Below are positions 28,996 through 37,810 of a DNA stretch of 64,000 nt, in pieces. Below the pieces are notes generated by a model that ran no database searches, was not told the origin of the DNA, and saw nothing but the letters and a program-made list of their open reading frames with translations. The position numbers and the translations under genes were made by a program. The DNA is from Candidatus Poriferihabitaceae bacterium. GTDB lineage: Bacteria > Pseudomonadota > Gammaproteobacteria > Arenicellales > Poriferihabitantaceae. Position 1 is the stretch's first letter; each line of letters opens with the position of its first letter. The stretch covers positions 732,692-796,691 of the forward strand of contig OZ243919.1 in assembly GCA_965213885.1 (NCBI GenBank). Direction: 5' to 3'.

Positions 28996-29011
28996 CTGAC
29001 CAAATAGTCAG
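28996..29011. promoter_or_regulatory. RutR-type operator, copy 2 (CTGACCAAATAGTCAG)
   Basis: It lies 13 nt upstream of the xdhA GTG start, in the divergent spacer shared with the Udh-like gene. It overlaps the predicted +1 of a TTGCAC(28965-28970)-18-TAGAAT(28989-28994) promoter. Confidence 0.6.
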
Positions 29012-29024
29012 GATTTTTTCCAGG

Positions 29025-30500
29025 GTGATCCGGTTTCTGCTCAACGACCAGGAAATTGCGCTTTCGGATTTCGAGGCCCAGACCACCGTGCTTGGCTGGC
29101 TCAGGGAGGATCGTGGTCTTTGCGGCACCAAGGAGGGGTGCGCCTCCGGTGATTGCGGCGCCTGCACCGTGGTGGTGGCCGAGCCGGCGGGGGAGGGACT
29201 CGCGTACCACTCGATCAACAGCTGTATCACCTTTCTCGGTGCTCTCCATGGCCGGCAGCTGATCGCCGTGGAACACCTTTCCGACGGTGAGACGCTGCAC
29301 CCGGTGCAGCAGGCCATGGTGGATCACCATGGATCCCAGTGCGGTTTCTGCACACCGGGGTTCGTCATGTCACTGTTCGCGCTTGGCAAGCAGTCCCTGC
29401 CCGCCGGCGGTCAAGGGCACCTGGAAGCCATCCATGAACATCTTGGCGGTAACCTGTGCCGTTGCACCGGGTATCGCCCCATCATCGACGCCGCGCTGGC
29501 ATCGACCGCGGCCAGGATGACGGACCGGTTTGACCGCCGGTCCTGCCGGATCCGCGCGGCCCTGGACGGGATCCGGTCGGCAGACGGCGTCGGGGGAAAT
29601 GGCGGGCAAATGCCCGGTTCCCCGGGATTCCTGATCCCCCGGGACCTGGAAGAACTCTCGCGGGTGTGCCTGGAATACCCGGATGCGAGGTTGCTCGGCG
29701 GGGGTACCGATCTCGCGCTCGAGGCGACCCAGGCGCTGGGGACCCTGGACAGGATCATTCTTCTTGAACGGGTAACGGAACTCCGGCAGGTGACCGAAAG
29801 CGGGGGGCAGGTGACCGTGGGCGCCGCGGTTTCCCTGACCCGTTGCCTGGAACTGTTCTCCGGGCACTATCCGTCGGTCGCCGACCTCCTTTTGCGCTTC
29901 GGCTCGCGCCAGGTCCGCAACCTGGGCACCCTGGGGGGCAATATCGCGAATGCCTCGCCCATCGGGGACCTGCCGCCGGTCCTGTTGGCCCTGGGGGCCG
30001 AGATCATCCTGCAACGAGGCGACGACCAGCGGACATTGCCGCCGGAAGATTTTTTCCTTGACTACCGGGTGACCGCGCTCGGGCGGGGGGAGTTCGTGCA
30101 CAGCGTTTCCATGCCGCTGCCGGGGCCCCGGCAGTTCTTTCGCGTCTACAAGATCAGCAAGCGGATCGATGACGATATCTCCGCGGTCTGTCTCGCCGTG
30201 AACCTGGAGTTGGAAGGAGAAGGACAGGATGCCGTGATCCGCAGCGCACGCATCGGCGTCGGCGGCATGGCGGCCATTCCCAGGCGCGCCCCGGCCTGCG
30301 AGGCGGCGATGACCGGGAAACCGTTCGATGAATCCACCGCGGCTGTGGCTGCGGATGCCATTGCCGGCGAATTCAGCCCCATCGACGATGCCCGGGCCAG
30401 CGCTGCCTACCGCACGACGGTGGCGGGCAACCTGTTCCGCCGCTGCCTGCTGGAGTACCGGGGGTCCGAATTCCCCCTCATGGTGACCGATGTCCATTGA
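29025..30500 (+). CDS. xdhA: Xanthine dehydrogenase small subunit (2Fe-2S + FAD)
   Basis: GTG start (MIRFLLNDQE...). It has 2Fe-2S motifs CGTKEGCASGDCGACTV and CGFCTPG / CRCTGY, then a FAD-binding domain. Confidence 0.93.
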   Translation: MIRFLLNDQEIALSDFEAQTTVLGWLREDRGLCGTKEGCASGDCGACTVVVAEPAGEGLAYHSINSCITFLGALHGRQLIAVEHLSDGETLHPVQQAMVDHHGSQCGFCTPGFVMSLFALGKQSLPAGGQGHLEAIHEHLGGNLCRCTGYRPIIDAALASTAARMTDRFDRRSCRIRAALDGIRSADGVGGNGGQMPGSPGFLIPRDLEELSRVCLEYPDARLLGGGTDLALEATQALGTLDRIILLERVTELRQVTESGGQVTVGAAVSLTRCLELFSGHYPSVADLLLRFGSRQVRNLGTLGGNIANASPIGDLPPVLLALGAEIILQRGDDQRTLPPEDFFLDYRVTALGRGEFVHSVSMPLPGPRQFFRVYKISKRIDDDISAVCLAVNLELEGEGQDAVIRSARIGVGGMAAIPRRAPACEAAMTGKPFDESTAAVAADAIAGEFSPIDDARASAAYRTTVAGNLFRRCLLEYRGSEFPLMVTDVH

Positions 30501-32799
30501 GAGAATCCGGCTGGTCGGCCAGGCCCTTGCCCATGACAGCGCCCGCGGGCATGTCTCCGGGTCGGCGGTTTATGTCGATGACATGGTGCCGAGGGAGGGC
30601 CAGCTCCATGCATGCGTGGGCGGCAGCGCCATCACCCGGGGACGGGTGATATCCATGCGTCTGGCCCCGGTGCGTGCGGCACCCGGGGTGGTGGACGTGA
30701 TCACGGCAGACGATGTGCCCGGCAAGCTGGATATCGGCCCGGTTTTTCCCGGTGACCCCCTGCTGGTTGCCGATGAGATCGAATTCCGGGGCCAGCCGCT
30801 GTTCGCCGTCCTGGCGACCAGTCACGAGCTTGCACGCCGGGCGGTCCGCCTCGCCGAAATCGAGTACGAGGAAATGGAGCCGGTGCTGGATCTTGAACGG
30901 GCCATCGCCGACGAGTACTACGTGCGCCCGCCGCACCGGATGCGGCGGGGGAATGCCGTGGCCGTGCTCGAGGGGGCGGCCAGGCGGTTTCACGGCGAAC
31001 TCAGGGTGGGCGGCCAGGAACATTTCTATCTCGAGGGGCAGGCCTCTGTCGCGATTCCGGAAGAGGAGGGCGGCATGACCATACACACCTCCACGCAGAA
31101 TCCCAGCGAGGCCCAGAAACTGGCGGCGGATGTGCTCGGCATACCCATGCACAAGGTCAACGTCGTCACACGTCGAATGGGCGGGGGATTCGGCGGCAAG
31201 GAAACCCATGGCTCGCCTTGGTCCTGCATTGCGGCGGTGTTCGCCCTTCGCAATGGCTGCGCCGTCTCCTGCAGGCTGTCACGTCGGGACGACATGGTCA
31301 TGACCGGCAAGCGCCACAATTTTCTGAACCGCTACGACGTCTGCCACGACGGGCATGGCCGGCTGGAAGCCATCCACTACCGCCTTGCCGCACAGTGCGG
31401 AAACTCGCCGGACCTGTCCGACGCCATCGTGGACCGGGCGATGTTCCACTGCGACAATGCCTATTTCATTCCGGATGTGCTGATCGACGGGCTGCGCTGC
31501 AAGACCCATACCGTTTCCGCCACGGCCTTTCGCGGATTCGGCGGACCCCAGGGTATGATCGCCATGGAGGCGATCATGGATGAAATCGCCTTCCGGGTGG
31601 GCAGGGACCCCCTGGATGTGCGGCGGATGAACCTCTATGACACCAGGGACCGCAACGTCACACCCTATCACCAGCGGATCGATTCCTTCTCGGTTCCGCG
31701 CATCCTGGACCAGCTCGAGGCCGAATCCGACTACCGGGTCCGCAGGGAGCAGGTCCGTGCATTCAATCGCCGGAGCCCGGTGCTGAAGAAAGGCATCGCA
31801 ATGACTCCGGTGAAGTTCGGCATTTCCTTCACCGTGTCCCACCTCAACCAGGCCGGGGCCCTGGTCCATGTTTATACCGACGGAAGCATTCACCTGAACC
31901 ACGGCGGTACCGAGATGGGGCAGGGACTGATGACGAAGGTGCGGCAGGTCGTGGCGGAAGAATTCCGGGTCAGCCCGGACCGCATCGCGGTTACCGCCAC
32001 CCGCACGGACAAGGTGCCCAACACCTCGCCCACCGCGGCGTCGTCCGGTACCGACATCAACGGCATGGCGGCACTGGACGCGGCGCGCACCATCCGCCGG
32101 AGGATGGTGTCGTTCCTTTCGGAAAAATACGGTACCGAAGAATCGGAAATCGCATTCCTGGATGACCGGGTGCATGTGGGGGGACTGACTCTGGGATTCG
32201 GAGAGGTTGCGAAGGAGGCCTGGCTCGGCCGGGTCTCCCTGTCCGCGACGGGCTTCTACCGTACCCCGAAGATTCACTACGACCGGCGGCAGGCGTCCGG
32301 GCGGCCGTTCTACTACTACGCCAATGGCGCCGCTGTGTCGGAAGTGGTCATCGACACCCTGACCGGGGAGTCCCGGCTGCTGCGCGTGGACATCCTCCAC
32401 GATGTCGGGCGGTCCATCAACCCGGCTATCGATATCGGCCAGATCGAGGGCGGCTTCATCCAGGGCTTCGGCTGGCTCACCTGCGAGGAACTGAAATGGG
32501 ACCGGGAGGGCCGGCTCCTCACCGACGGGCCGGCCACCTACAAGATCCCTGCCGTCTCCGATACGCCGCCGGTCTTCAATACCCGGCTGCTGACCGAGGC
32601 GGAGAACAGCGAGGAGACCGTTTTTCGTTCCAAGGCGGTGGGAGAGCCTCCACTGATGCTGGCCATCTCCGCCTGGTGCGCAATCCGGGATGCCGTGGCG
32701 GCGGCGGGCGACTACGGGACTTTCCCGGATCTGCACGCGCCGGCCACCCCGGAGGAAATCCTGCGTGCGGTGGACGGTGTGCGGGAGCCGGCGTCATGA
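30490..32799 (+). CDS. xdhB: Xanthine dehydrogenase molybdopterin-binding subunit
   Basis: 769 aa with the GGGFGGKE motif and an aldehyde-oxidase/XDH a/b hammerhead plus Mo-binding domains. It overlaps xdhA by 11 nt. Confidence 0.95.
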   Translation: MSIERIRLVGQALAHDSARGHVSGSAVYVDDMVPREGQLHACVGGSAITRGRVISMRLAPVRAAPGVVDVITADDVPGKLDIGPVFPGDPLLVADEIEFRGQPLFAVLATSHELARRAVRLAEIEYEEMEPVLDLERAIADEYYVRPPHRMRRGNAVAVLEGAARRFHGELRVGGQEHFYLEGQASVAIPEEEGGMTIHTSTQNPSEAQKLAADVLGIPMHKVNVVTRRMGGGFGGKETHGSPWSCIAAVFALRNGCAVSCRLSRRDDMVMTGKRHNFLNRYDVCHDGHGRLEAIHYRLAAQCGNSPDLSDAIVDRAMFHCDNAYFIPDVLIDGLRCKTHTVSATAFRGFGGPQGMIAMEAIMDEIAFRVGRDPLDVRRMNLYDTRDRNVTPYHQRIDSFSVPRILDQLEAESDYRVRREQVRAFNRRSPVLKKGIAMTPVKFGISFTVSHLNQAGALVHVYTDGSIHLNHGGTEMGQGLMTKVRQVVAEEFRVSPDRIAVTATRTDKVPNTSPTAASSGTDINGMAALDAARTIRRRMVSFLSEKYGTEESEIAFLDDRVHVGGLTLGFGEVAKEAWLGRVSLSATGFYRTPKIHYDRRQASGRPFYYYANGAAVSEVVIDTLTGESRLLRVDILHDVGRSINPAIDIGQIEGGFIQGFGWLTCEELKWDREGRLLTDGPATYKIPAVSDTPPVFNTRLLTEAENSEETVFRSKAVGEPPLMLAISAWCAIRDAVAAAGDYGTFPDLHAPATPEEILRAVDGVREPAS

Positions 32800-33608
32800 A
32801 CTGGGTGGAGGCAATTGCGCGACTGACCGCCGGCAACCAGGGTTTCGTGGTGGTCACGGTGCTGGAGACCCGAGGTTCCGCCCCCCGGGACCGGCAGTCC
32901 AAGATGGTGGTCACCGGGGACGCAAGCCACGATACCATCGGGGGCGGCAATCTGGAATTCAGCGCCATTGAACAGGCAAGGAGGCTGTTGTCACGGGGAC
33001 AGCCCGGCAACGAGCGACAGGTGTACACCCTGGGCGAGGATCTTTCGCAGTGTTGCGGTGGGCGGGCAGAACTCCTCTACGAATGCTTTCCCGCCTGTGA
33101 TTTCCTCGTTGCGCTTTTCGGTGCAGGCCATGTTGGCAGGGCCCTGGTGCGAATCCTGGTGGGCCTTCCATGCCGGGTCACCTGGTTCGACAGCCGGGAA
33201 GATGTCCTGTCCTCCTCGATGACGGAATCCGGCATGCCCGGCAACGTCATCAGCCGGTTTATGGACAATCCGCATTGCGCGGTGGACGGGCTGCCTCCGG
33301 GCACCTGGTGCCTGGTCATGACCCACAGCCATGAAATCGATTTCGAACTCGTGGAGGCCATGCTGTCGCGCAACGACTTTCCCTACTGCGGTCTGATTGG
33401 ATCCAGATCCAAGTCCGTTAGTTTTCGCAAGCGATTGTCACGAAAGGGATTTTCCGAAGCAGAACTCGCACGGCTCACTTCGCCCATCGGTGTCGATCTC
33501 GGCGGCGGCAAGCTGCCAATGGAGGTGGCGGTTTCGGTGGCCGCCCAGTTGCTTGGTCAGTACCGGGCAGGATCCCGCATACATAGCGGTCTTTCCGCGG
33601 TATCCTAG
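32796..33608 (+). CDS. xdhC: XdhC/CoxI-family molybdenum cofactor insertion chaperone
   Basis: 270 aa from an ATG that overlaps the xdhB stop (ATGA). It has the N-terminal XdhC domain and Rossmann motif FGAGHVGRAL. Confidence 0.9.
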   Translation: MNWVEAIARLTAGNQGFVVVTVLETRGSAPRDRQSKMVVTGDASHDTIGGGNLEFSAIEQARRLLSRGQPGNERQVYTLGEDLSQCCGGRAELLYECFPACDFLVALFGAGHVGRALVRILVGLPCRVTWFDSREDVLSSSMTESGMPGNVISRFMDNPHCAVDGLPPGTWCLVMTHSHEIDFELVEAMLSRNDFPYCGLIGSRSKSVSFRKRLSRKGFSEAELARLTSPIGVDLGGGKLPMEVAVSVAAQLLGQYRAGSRIHSGLSAVS

Positions 33609-33737
33609 CCAGGCATACTCCGCCTCGAGTTCGCGCGACCGACGAATACCAGTCACCCCGAGCGTCCCGTGGAGCCTGTGCCCAGAGGGCTATCCCCTCA
33701 ATTTGCAACTGGTCCGAATATCACCGGGTAGGGCACA

Positions 33738-34627
33738 TCAGGTGGACTGGCCTATGGGAAACTCAAAGGGAATAACTTGAATTGACTCCAGAAATACCAC
33801 GACATCCCGTATGGTATTCCAGGCCTCATCAAAGGCAATCGACTTCGAAAGAGTTGGATCGTTCTCGTAGGAAGATCGGGTGGTATCAAGGTCCTCTTCG
33901 AATGACTGAAGCCCCAAGCAGTCAACCAGACGGGACGCACATGCGACTTCAAACTCCTTGCCAGCGGCAGTCCAGAATTCGTGGTCATGTAGAGACCTTT
34001 TCGATGAATTCTGGCAATGTCGAATACATCCTTTACCCGAACGGCCTCCCCGGGTTTGGCAACCTTGGTGCGGTATGCGGGCAAAGAACTGAGAAACGCC
34101 CGAAGCTTCTCGCCGGTGATTCGTTCCAGGGTATAGGCCCAAACGGTCGCTTCGTTTTGTCTCAGGGGAGCAATGGAGTTTTGCCTTAGTGCCTCGGGTG
34201 CGGCGATGTCCAGCGTTATCGATGGCAAGCCCAGAACGCCGGAACGTGTGTGGTCGATAATCGAAATTCGTACATCGTATGCATCCCAACCTCTCGGATG
34301 CAATCGAGAAGGTCTCGGTTTTACATGAATTTTCTGAAGAGAATACATTACCGGAGATTGGCTCTGGAAGTATCGAGAGATTGCAAGTTGGAGTTCGCGT
34401 TCAAGTATCGCCTGTTGGGTCGTGCGATCTGGCGTCGATTGAACAAAGCCTTGCAGGAGATTGCTGTCGATGTCCAGTGAACGTCTCCCGGGTTCCTGAA
34501 GACGTTCGTTCAGTACGTGTGCCCCTTTGAATACAAGCACAGGTTGGAGGGGGACATGCGTCAATAGGGATTCAAGAATCTCAATTTGTACTTCTTCTTT
34601 CCAATCTACTGCACCAGCACGATTCAC
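33738..34627 (-). pseudogene. abiEii: AbiEii/DUF1814 nucleotidyltransferase toxin, disrupted by a 1-nt frameshift
   Basis: The N-terminal 209 codons (frame of ORF 33752..34627) carry FKGAHVL and SLDIDS NTase motifs. The plausible C-terminus (RSLHDHEFWTAAGKEFEVACASRLV...) continues in the frame of ORF 33738..34289. The switch is at an A4 run (plus-strand TTTT 33998-34001). Confidence 0.75.
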
Positions 34628-34630
34628 TGG

Positions 34631-35611
34631 CTACGGGACCTCAAGACCCCAGCCATGGTTCGGGTGACTGAATTCATACCCTGGAAGAAGGGAAATCATT
34701 GCGGCTGTTTGGTCCTTGCTGAGTTGAGTACGTATGCGATAAAGGTAGCGTCGCAATTCAGCGTCGAGTTTGTGTTGTAGATGATCGTGTAGCATGTAAC
34801 CTACACGACGGGTCAGTCGCTGGTCCTTGATTGTTCTCAAATGATTCAAGATACGCTTCTGGTCGAGTTCGCCTGCCGCATTGCCCCACGCTTCAAATAC
34901 GACAGATGGACCTCCGCAACTCAATGGGCGATCAAGGGTGTCGAGTAGTGTTTGTTCGTAGGTGGTTATGGAAAATACCGTCTTGTCCGAGTAGTAGCGT
35001 TTCTGGATACCAGGTACCCGTGCACTTTCGCGATTCGTAATATAGTAAGGAATTCCGTGATAGAGAAATTGTTGCCTACCGAGGCGATTTCGCTTTTTTG
35101 GCGCGCCCGTTGAAGGGATTCTGTGTATGGGTGAAATGGATGGAGCCTTGCGAGGTCGGGACGAAGATTTGGTTATTCGGGCAATGTGGTGATGTGTCGG
35201 GATTTGTGTCGAGAGATTATGAAACTGGACTGCGGTGAAGTAACAAACGGTGCCCTGGGGCACCATCGCCTGAAGGAGTTCGATAGAATCCAGTTCGGGA
35301 GTAGACCCATTCAGTCCGATGGAGAAGAATTGTGCAGGTGATTTGTTGTTGGCCGAGTCAATATGAGATACCCGATGTACGAGTCCGCTCCTGAGGAGGA
35401 ACTCCAAGAGCGCCTGTCCGGAGATGCGCTTGGTGCCCGGGTGGGAGTGCCGGTCCCGGATCTCTACGAGTTCCCGAATCAGGGCGGCCTTGGAGATGCA
35501 ACGAACGGTGGGGTACTTCGAGGAAGGTGAACCGAAGGTCCTGGAGAACTCTGCCAGGATGTTCGAATAATGATCGTCCTGAGTTGCTGTTCTTAGGGTA
35601 GTCTCACCCAC
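34631..35611 (-). CDS. abiEi: AbiEi-type antitoxin / transcriptional regulator
   Basis: It lies 3 nt upstream of abiEii, in the operon order typical of AbiE. I prefer GTG 35611, which has a GGGAG SD 6 nt upstream. The ORF-track TTG at 35668 would lie upstream of the predicted promoter -10 and inside the palindrome. Confidence 0.68.
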   Translation of the reverse strand: MGETTLRTATQDDHYSNILAEFSRTFGSPSSKYPTVRCISKAALIRELVEIRDRHSHPGTKRISGQALLEFLLRSGLVHRVSHIDSANNKSPAQFFSIGLNGSTPELDSIELLQAMVPQGTVCYFTAVQFHNLSTQIPTHHHIARITKSSSRPRKAPSISPIHRIPSTGAPKKRNRLGRQQFLYHGIPYYITNRESARVPGIQKRYYSDKTVFSITTYEQTLLDTLDRPLSCGGPSVVFEAWGNAAGELDQKRILNHLRTIKDQRLTRRVGYMLHDHLQHKLDAELRRYLYRIRTQLSKDQTAAMISLLPGYEFSHPNHGWGLEVP

Positions 35612-35615
35612 AGGA

Positions 35616-35665
35616 AACTCCCTGAAGCTAGGCTCTTGGGCCCAAGAGCCTAGCTTCAGGGAGTT
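35616..35665. repeat. 50-bp perfect palindrome (25-bp arms, no spacer)
   Basis: I checked it base by base: AACTCCCTGAAGCTAGGCTCTTGGG | CCCAAGAGCCTAGCTTCAGGGAGTT. The first mismatch is at 35615/35666. Confidence 0.95.
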
Positions 35666-35675
35666 CAATTGTCAA
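35647..35675 (-). promoter_or_regulatory. Candidate sigma70 promoter of abiEi (TTGACA-17-TAGGCT)
   Basis: On the minus strand there is a consensus -35 TTGACA (35675-35670), a 17-nt spacer and a -10 TAGGCT (35652-35647) inside the palindrome. The predicted +1 is near the palindrome centre. Confidence 0.4.
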
Positions 35676-35890
35676 GACAGAAATGAAACCGGGATTTCCG
35701 TGTCCTGTCAAGTAATTCATTGCCTGACGCCTTCGGATCAAGGAAAAGTCTGCACTACATGCAAAATGCAGGGGGTCCGACCAATTCAGGGGATTACATG
35801 CCGAACATCCCCAATATCTGGTCGGATTCCGGGTGAATTGCGAAAGTCGGGCCGGGATCCTGCCTCATGGAATCGGGCAGGCCATAATAT

Positions 35891-37189
35891 CTAGTCCCGC
35901 CTGTGGGCGGTCTCTCCCAGTATCCGGGTCTCCCTGACGGCGCGGTCATCCCCCAGCATCTGCAGCACGAACAGTCGTTCCATGAGGCTTGCGGAACTGC
36001 GGATGCGACGGTCGATCAGCGGCGTGGCACGGTAGTCGAGCACGATGAAATCCGCCTCCTTGCCGGGTTCGAAATTGCCAATATACGGGTGAAGATCCAG
36101 CATGCGGGCACCTCCCAGAGTGGCCAGGTAAAGCGACTCGAAGGGTGACAGGTTGTAATCCTGTAGCTGCTGCACCTTGTAGGCCTCGTTGATCACCCTC
36201 AGCAGGGAGAAGCTGTCACCGCCACCGACGTCCGTGCCGAGCCCGGTATGGACGCGGTTTTTCCGGGCCTTGCGGTAATCGAACAGCCCGCTGCCGATGA
36301 ACAGGTTCGACAGCGGGCAGTGGGCAATGCCGGAGCCCGCATCCGCGAGCTGTCGCCATTCACTGTCGTCCAGGTGGATTCCGTGGGCGAATACCGAGCG
36401 CCGGCCGAGCAGGCCGTGTCGTTCATAGACATCCAGGTAGCCGGAAGCATCGGGGAACAGTTCCGACACCCAGCGGCATTCCTCGGTGCTTTCCGCGAGG
36501 TGGGTATGCAGGTGTACACCGGGGTGTTCGGCGAGCAGGCGGCCCGCCATGTCGAGCTGCTCCGGACTGGAGGTGGGTGCGAAACGTGGCGTCACGGCAT
36601 ATCCCAGCCTGTCCACGCCGTGCCAGCGTTCGATCAGCGACTTGCTGTCGCGGTAACCCGTGCTTGCCGTGTCGCGGAGATACGCCGGTGCATTCCGGTC
36701 CATCAGGACCTTGCCGCAGATCATGCGCAGGTTGCGCAGGCGGGCTGCCGTGAAGAATGCCGACACCGACTGCGGATGCACGGTACCGAATACCAGAGCG
36801 GTGGTGGTGCCGTTGCGCAGGAGTTCGTCGAGAAAGAACGAGGCGGTGCTCTCGGCGTGGGCGATGTCCTCGAATTTCCTCTCCGCCGGGAAGGTATGGG
36901 TATTCAGCCAGTCCAGAAGCCGGGTGCCATAGGCCGCGATGACGTCGCATTGGGGGTAGTGAACATGGGTATCCACAAGTCCGGGGACCAGGAGGGCGTC
37001 CCGGTGGTGCAGGATGTCCGCGTCCGGCGGCAGCGTCCCCCTGAGGACGTCGAATGACCCCACGTTCGCCACGAGGCCGTCCTCGACCAGCAACAGTCCG
37101 TCGGGGAAATGGACGACGGCCTCATGCCCCGCGATGCCGGGGTCATCGAGAAAGTGCAGGATTTCCCCTCGATGGGCGGTTAGGGTCAT
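35891..37189 (-). CDS. guaD: Guanine deaminase
   Basis: 432 aa from ATG 37189 (MTLTAHRGEILHFLDDP...). Amidohydrolase motifs are VDTHVHYPQ, HLAES and GTDVGGG. Confidence 0.9.
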   Translation of the reverse strand: MTLTAHRGEILHFLDDPGIAGHEAVVHFPDGLLLVEDGLVANVGSFDVLRGTLPPDADILHHRDALLVPGLVDTHVHYPQCDVIAAYGTRLLDWLNTHTFPAERKFEDIAHAESTASFFLDELLRNGTTTALVFGTVHPQSVSAFFTAARLRNLRMICGKVLMDRNAPAYLRDTASTGYRDSKSLIERWHGVDRLGYAVTPRFAPTSSPEQLDMAGRLLAEHPGVHLHTHLAESTEECRWVSELFPDASGYLDVYERHGLLGRRSVFAHGIHLDDSEWRQLADAGSGIAHCPLSNLFIGSGLFDYRKARKNRVHTGLGTDVGGGDSFSLLRVINEAYKVQQLQDYNLSPFESLYLATLGGARMLDLHPYIGNFEPGKEADFIVLDYRATPLIDRRIRSSASLMERLFVLQMLGDDRAVRETRILGETAHRRD

Positions 37190-37212
37190 GGCGGAATTAT
37201 AGAGAAAAAAAC

Positions 37213-37228
37213 TTGACCATATAGTCAA
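37213..37228. promoter_or_regulatory. RutR-type operator, copy 3 (TTGACCATATAGTCAA)
   Basis: It lies in the 78-bp guaD/uraD divergent spacer and is the closest match to the E. coli RutR consensus TTGACCAnnTGGTCAA. Confidence 0.6.
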
Positions 37229-37241
37229 ATTTTCTCATAAT
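37213..37241 (+). promoter_or_regulatory. Candidate sigma70 promoter of uraD-hiuH (TTGACC-17-CATAAT)
   Basis: -35 at 37213-37218, an exact 17-nt spacer and -10 at 37236-37241, about 20 nt ahead of the uraD ATG. The -35 and spacer coincide with operator copy 3. Confidence 0.4.
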
Positions 37242-37267
37242 CCGATGACTCCGACCGGATATCGCCG

Positions 37268-37792
37268 ATGGATATCGAAACCTTCAACGGCCTTGGACAT
37301 GCCGAGGCGGCTGATGTCATGCAGCGTTGCTGCACCGCATCGCAATGGGTGGAGCGAATGGTGGGGAGCAGGCCGTATCCCGGCATTGCCGAAATGCTGA
37401 CAAAGGCCAGGGAGCACTGGTCCGGGATGACTGAGGCGGACTGGCTCGAGGCCTTCGAAGGCCATCCCCGGATCGGGGATCCTGAGTCCCTGAAGGCGAA
37501 GTACCGGGCCACCCTGGTCACCGCAAGCGGGGAACAGTCCTCGGTCCGCCAGGCGGACGAGGCAACCCTCGCCGCACTGGCCGAGGGCAACCAGGCCTAT
37601 TTCGAGCGCTTCGGTTTCATCTTCATTATTTTCGCAAGCGGCAAGAGCGCCCCGGAAATGCTGGCACACTTGCGTAGCCGTCTCGGCAACAGCCGCCAGG
37701 CGGAACTTGCCATCGCCGCCGGGGAGCAGTGGAAAATCACCCAGCGACGTCTCGACGAGTTGTTCGCTTTCACCCGCAGTCATGCTGCCTGA
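37268..37792 (+). CDS. uraD: 2-oxo-4-hydroxy-4-carboxy-5-ureidoimidazoline (OHCU) decarboxylase
   Basis: 174 aa. ...CCTASQWVERMV...EAFEGHPRIGD... is the OHCU decarboxylase signature region. Confidence 0.9.
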   Translation: MDIETFNGLGHAEAADVMQRCCTASQWVERMVGSRPYPGIAEMLTKAREHWSGMTEADWLEAFEGHPRIGDPESLKAKYRATLVTASGEQSSVRQADEATLAALAEGNQAYFERFGFIFIIFASGKSAPEMLAHLRSRLGNSRQAELAIAAGEQWKITQRRLDELFAFTRSHAA

Positions 37793-37810
37793 ACTGGATT
37801 CCTGGACGCC

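Noticed and set aside
35612-35668. The TTG start at 35668 for abiEi (345-aa version).
   Set aside because: The extra 19 codons are encoded entirely by the 50-bp palindrome. They would start between the predicted -35 and -10 (upstream of the -10) and have no SD. GTG 35611 has a GGGAG SD at correct spacing.
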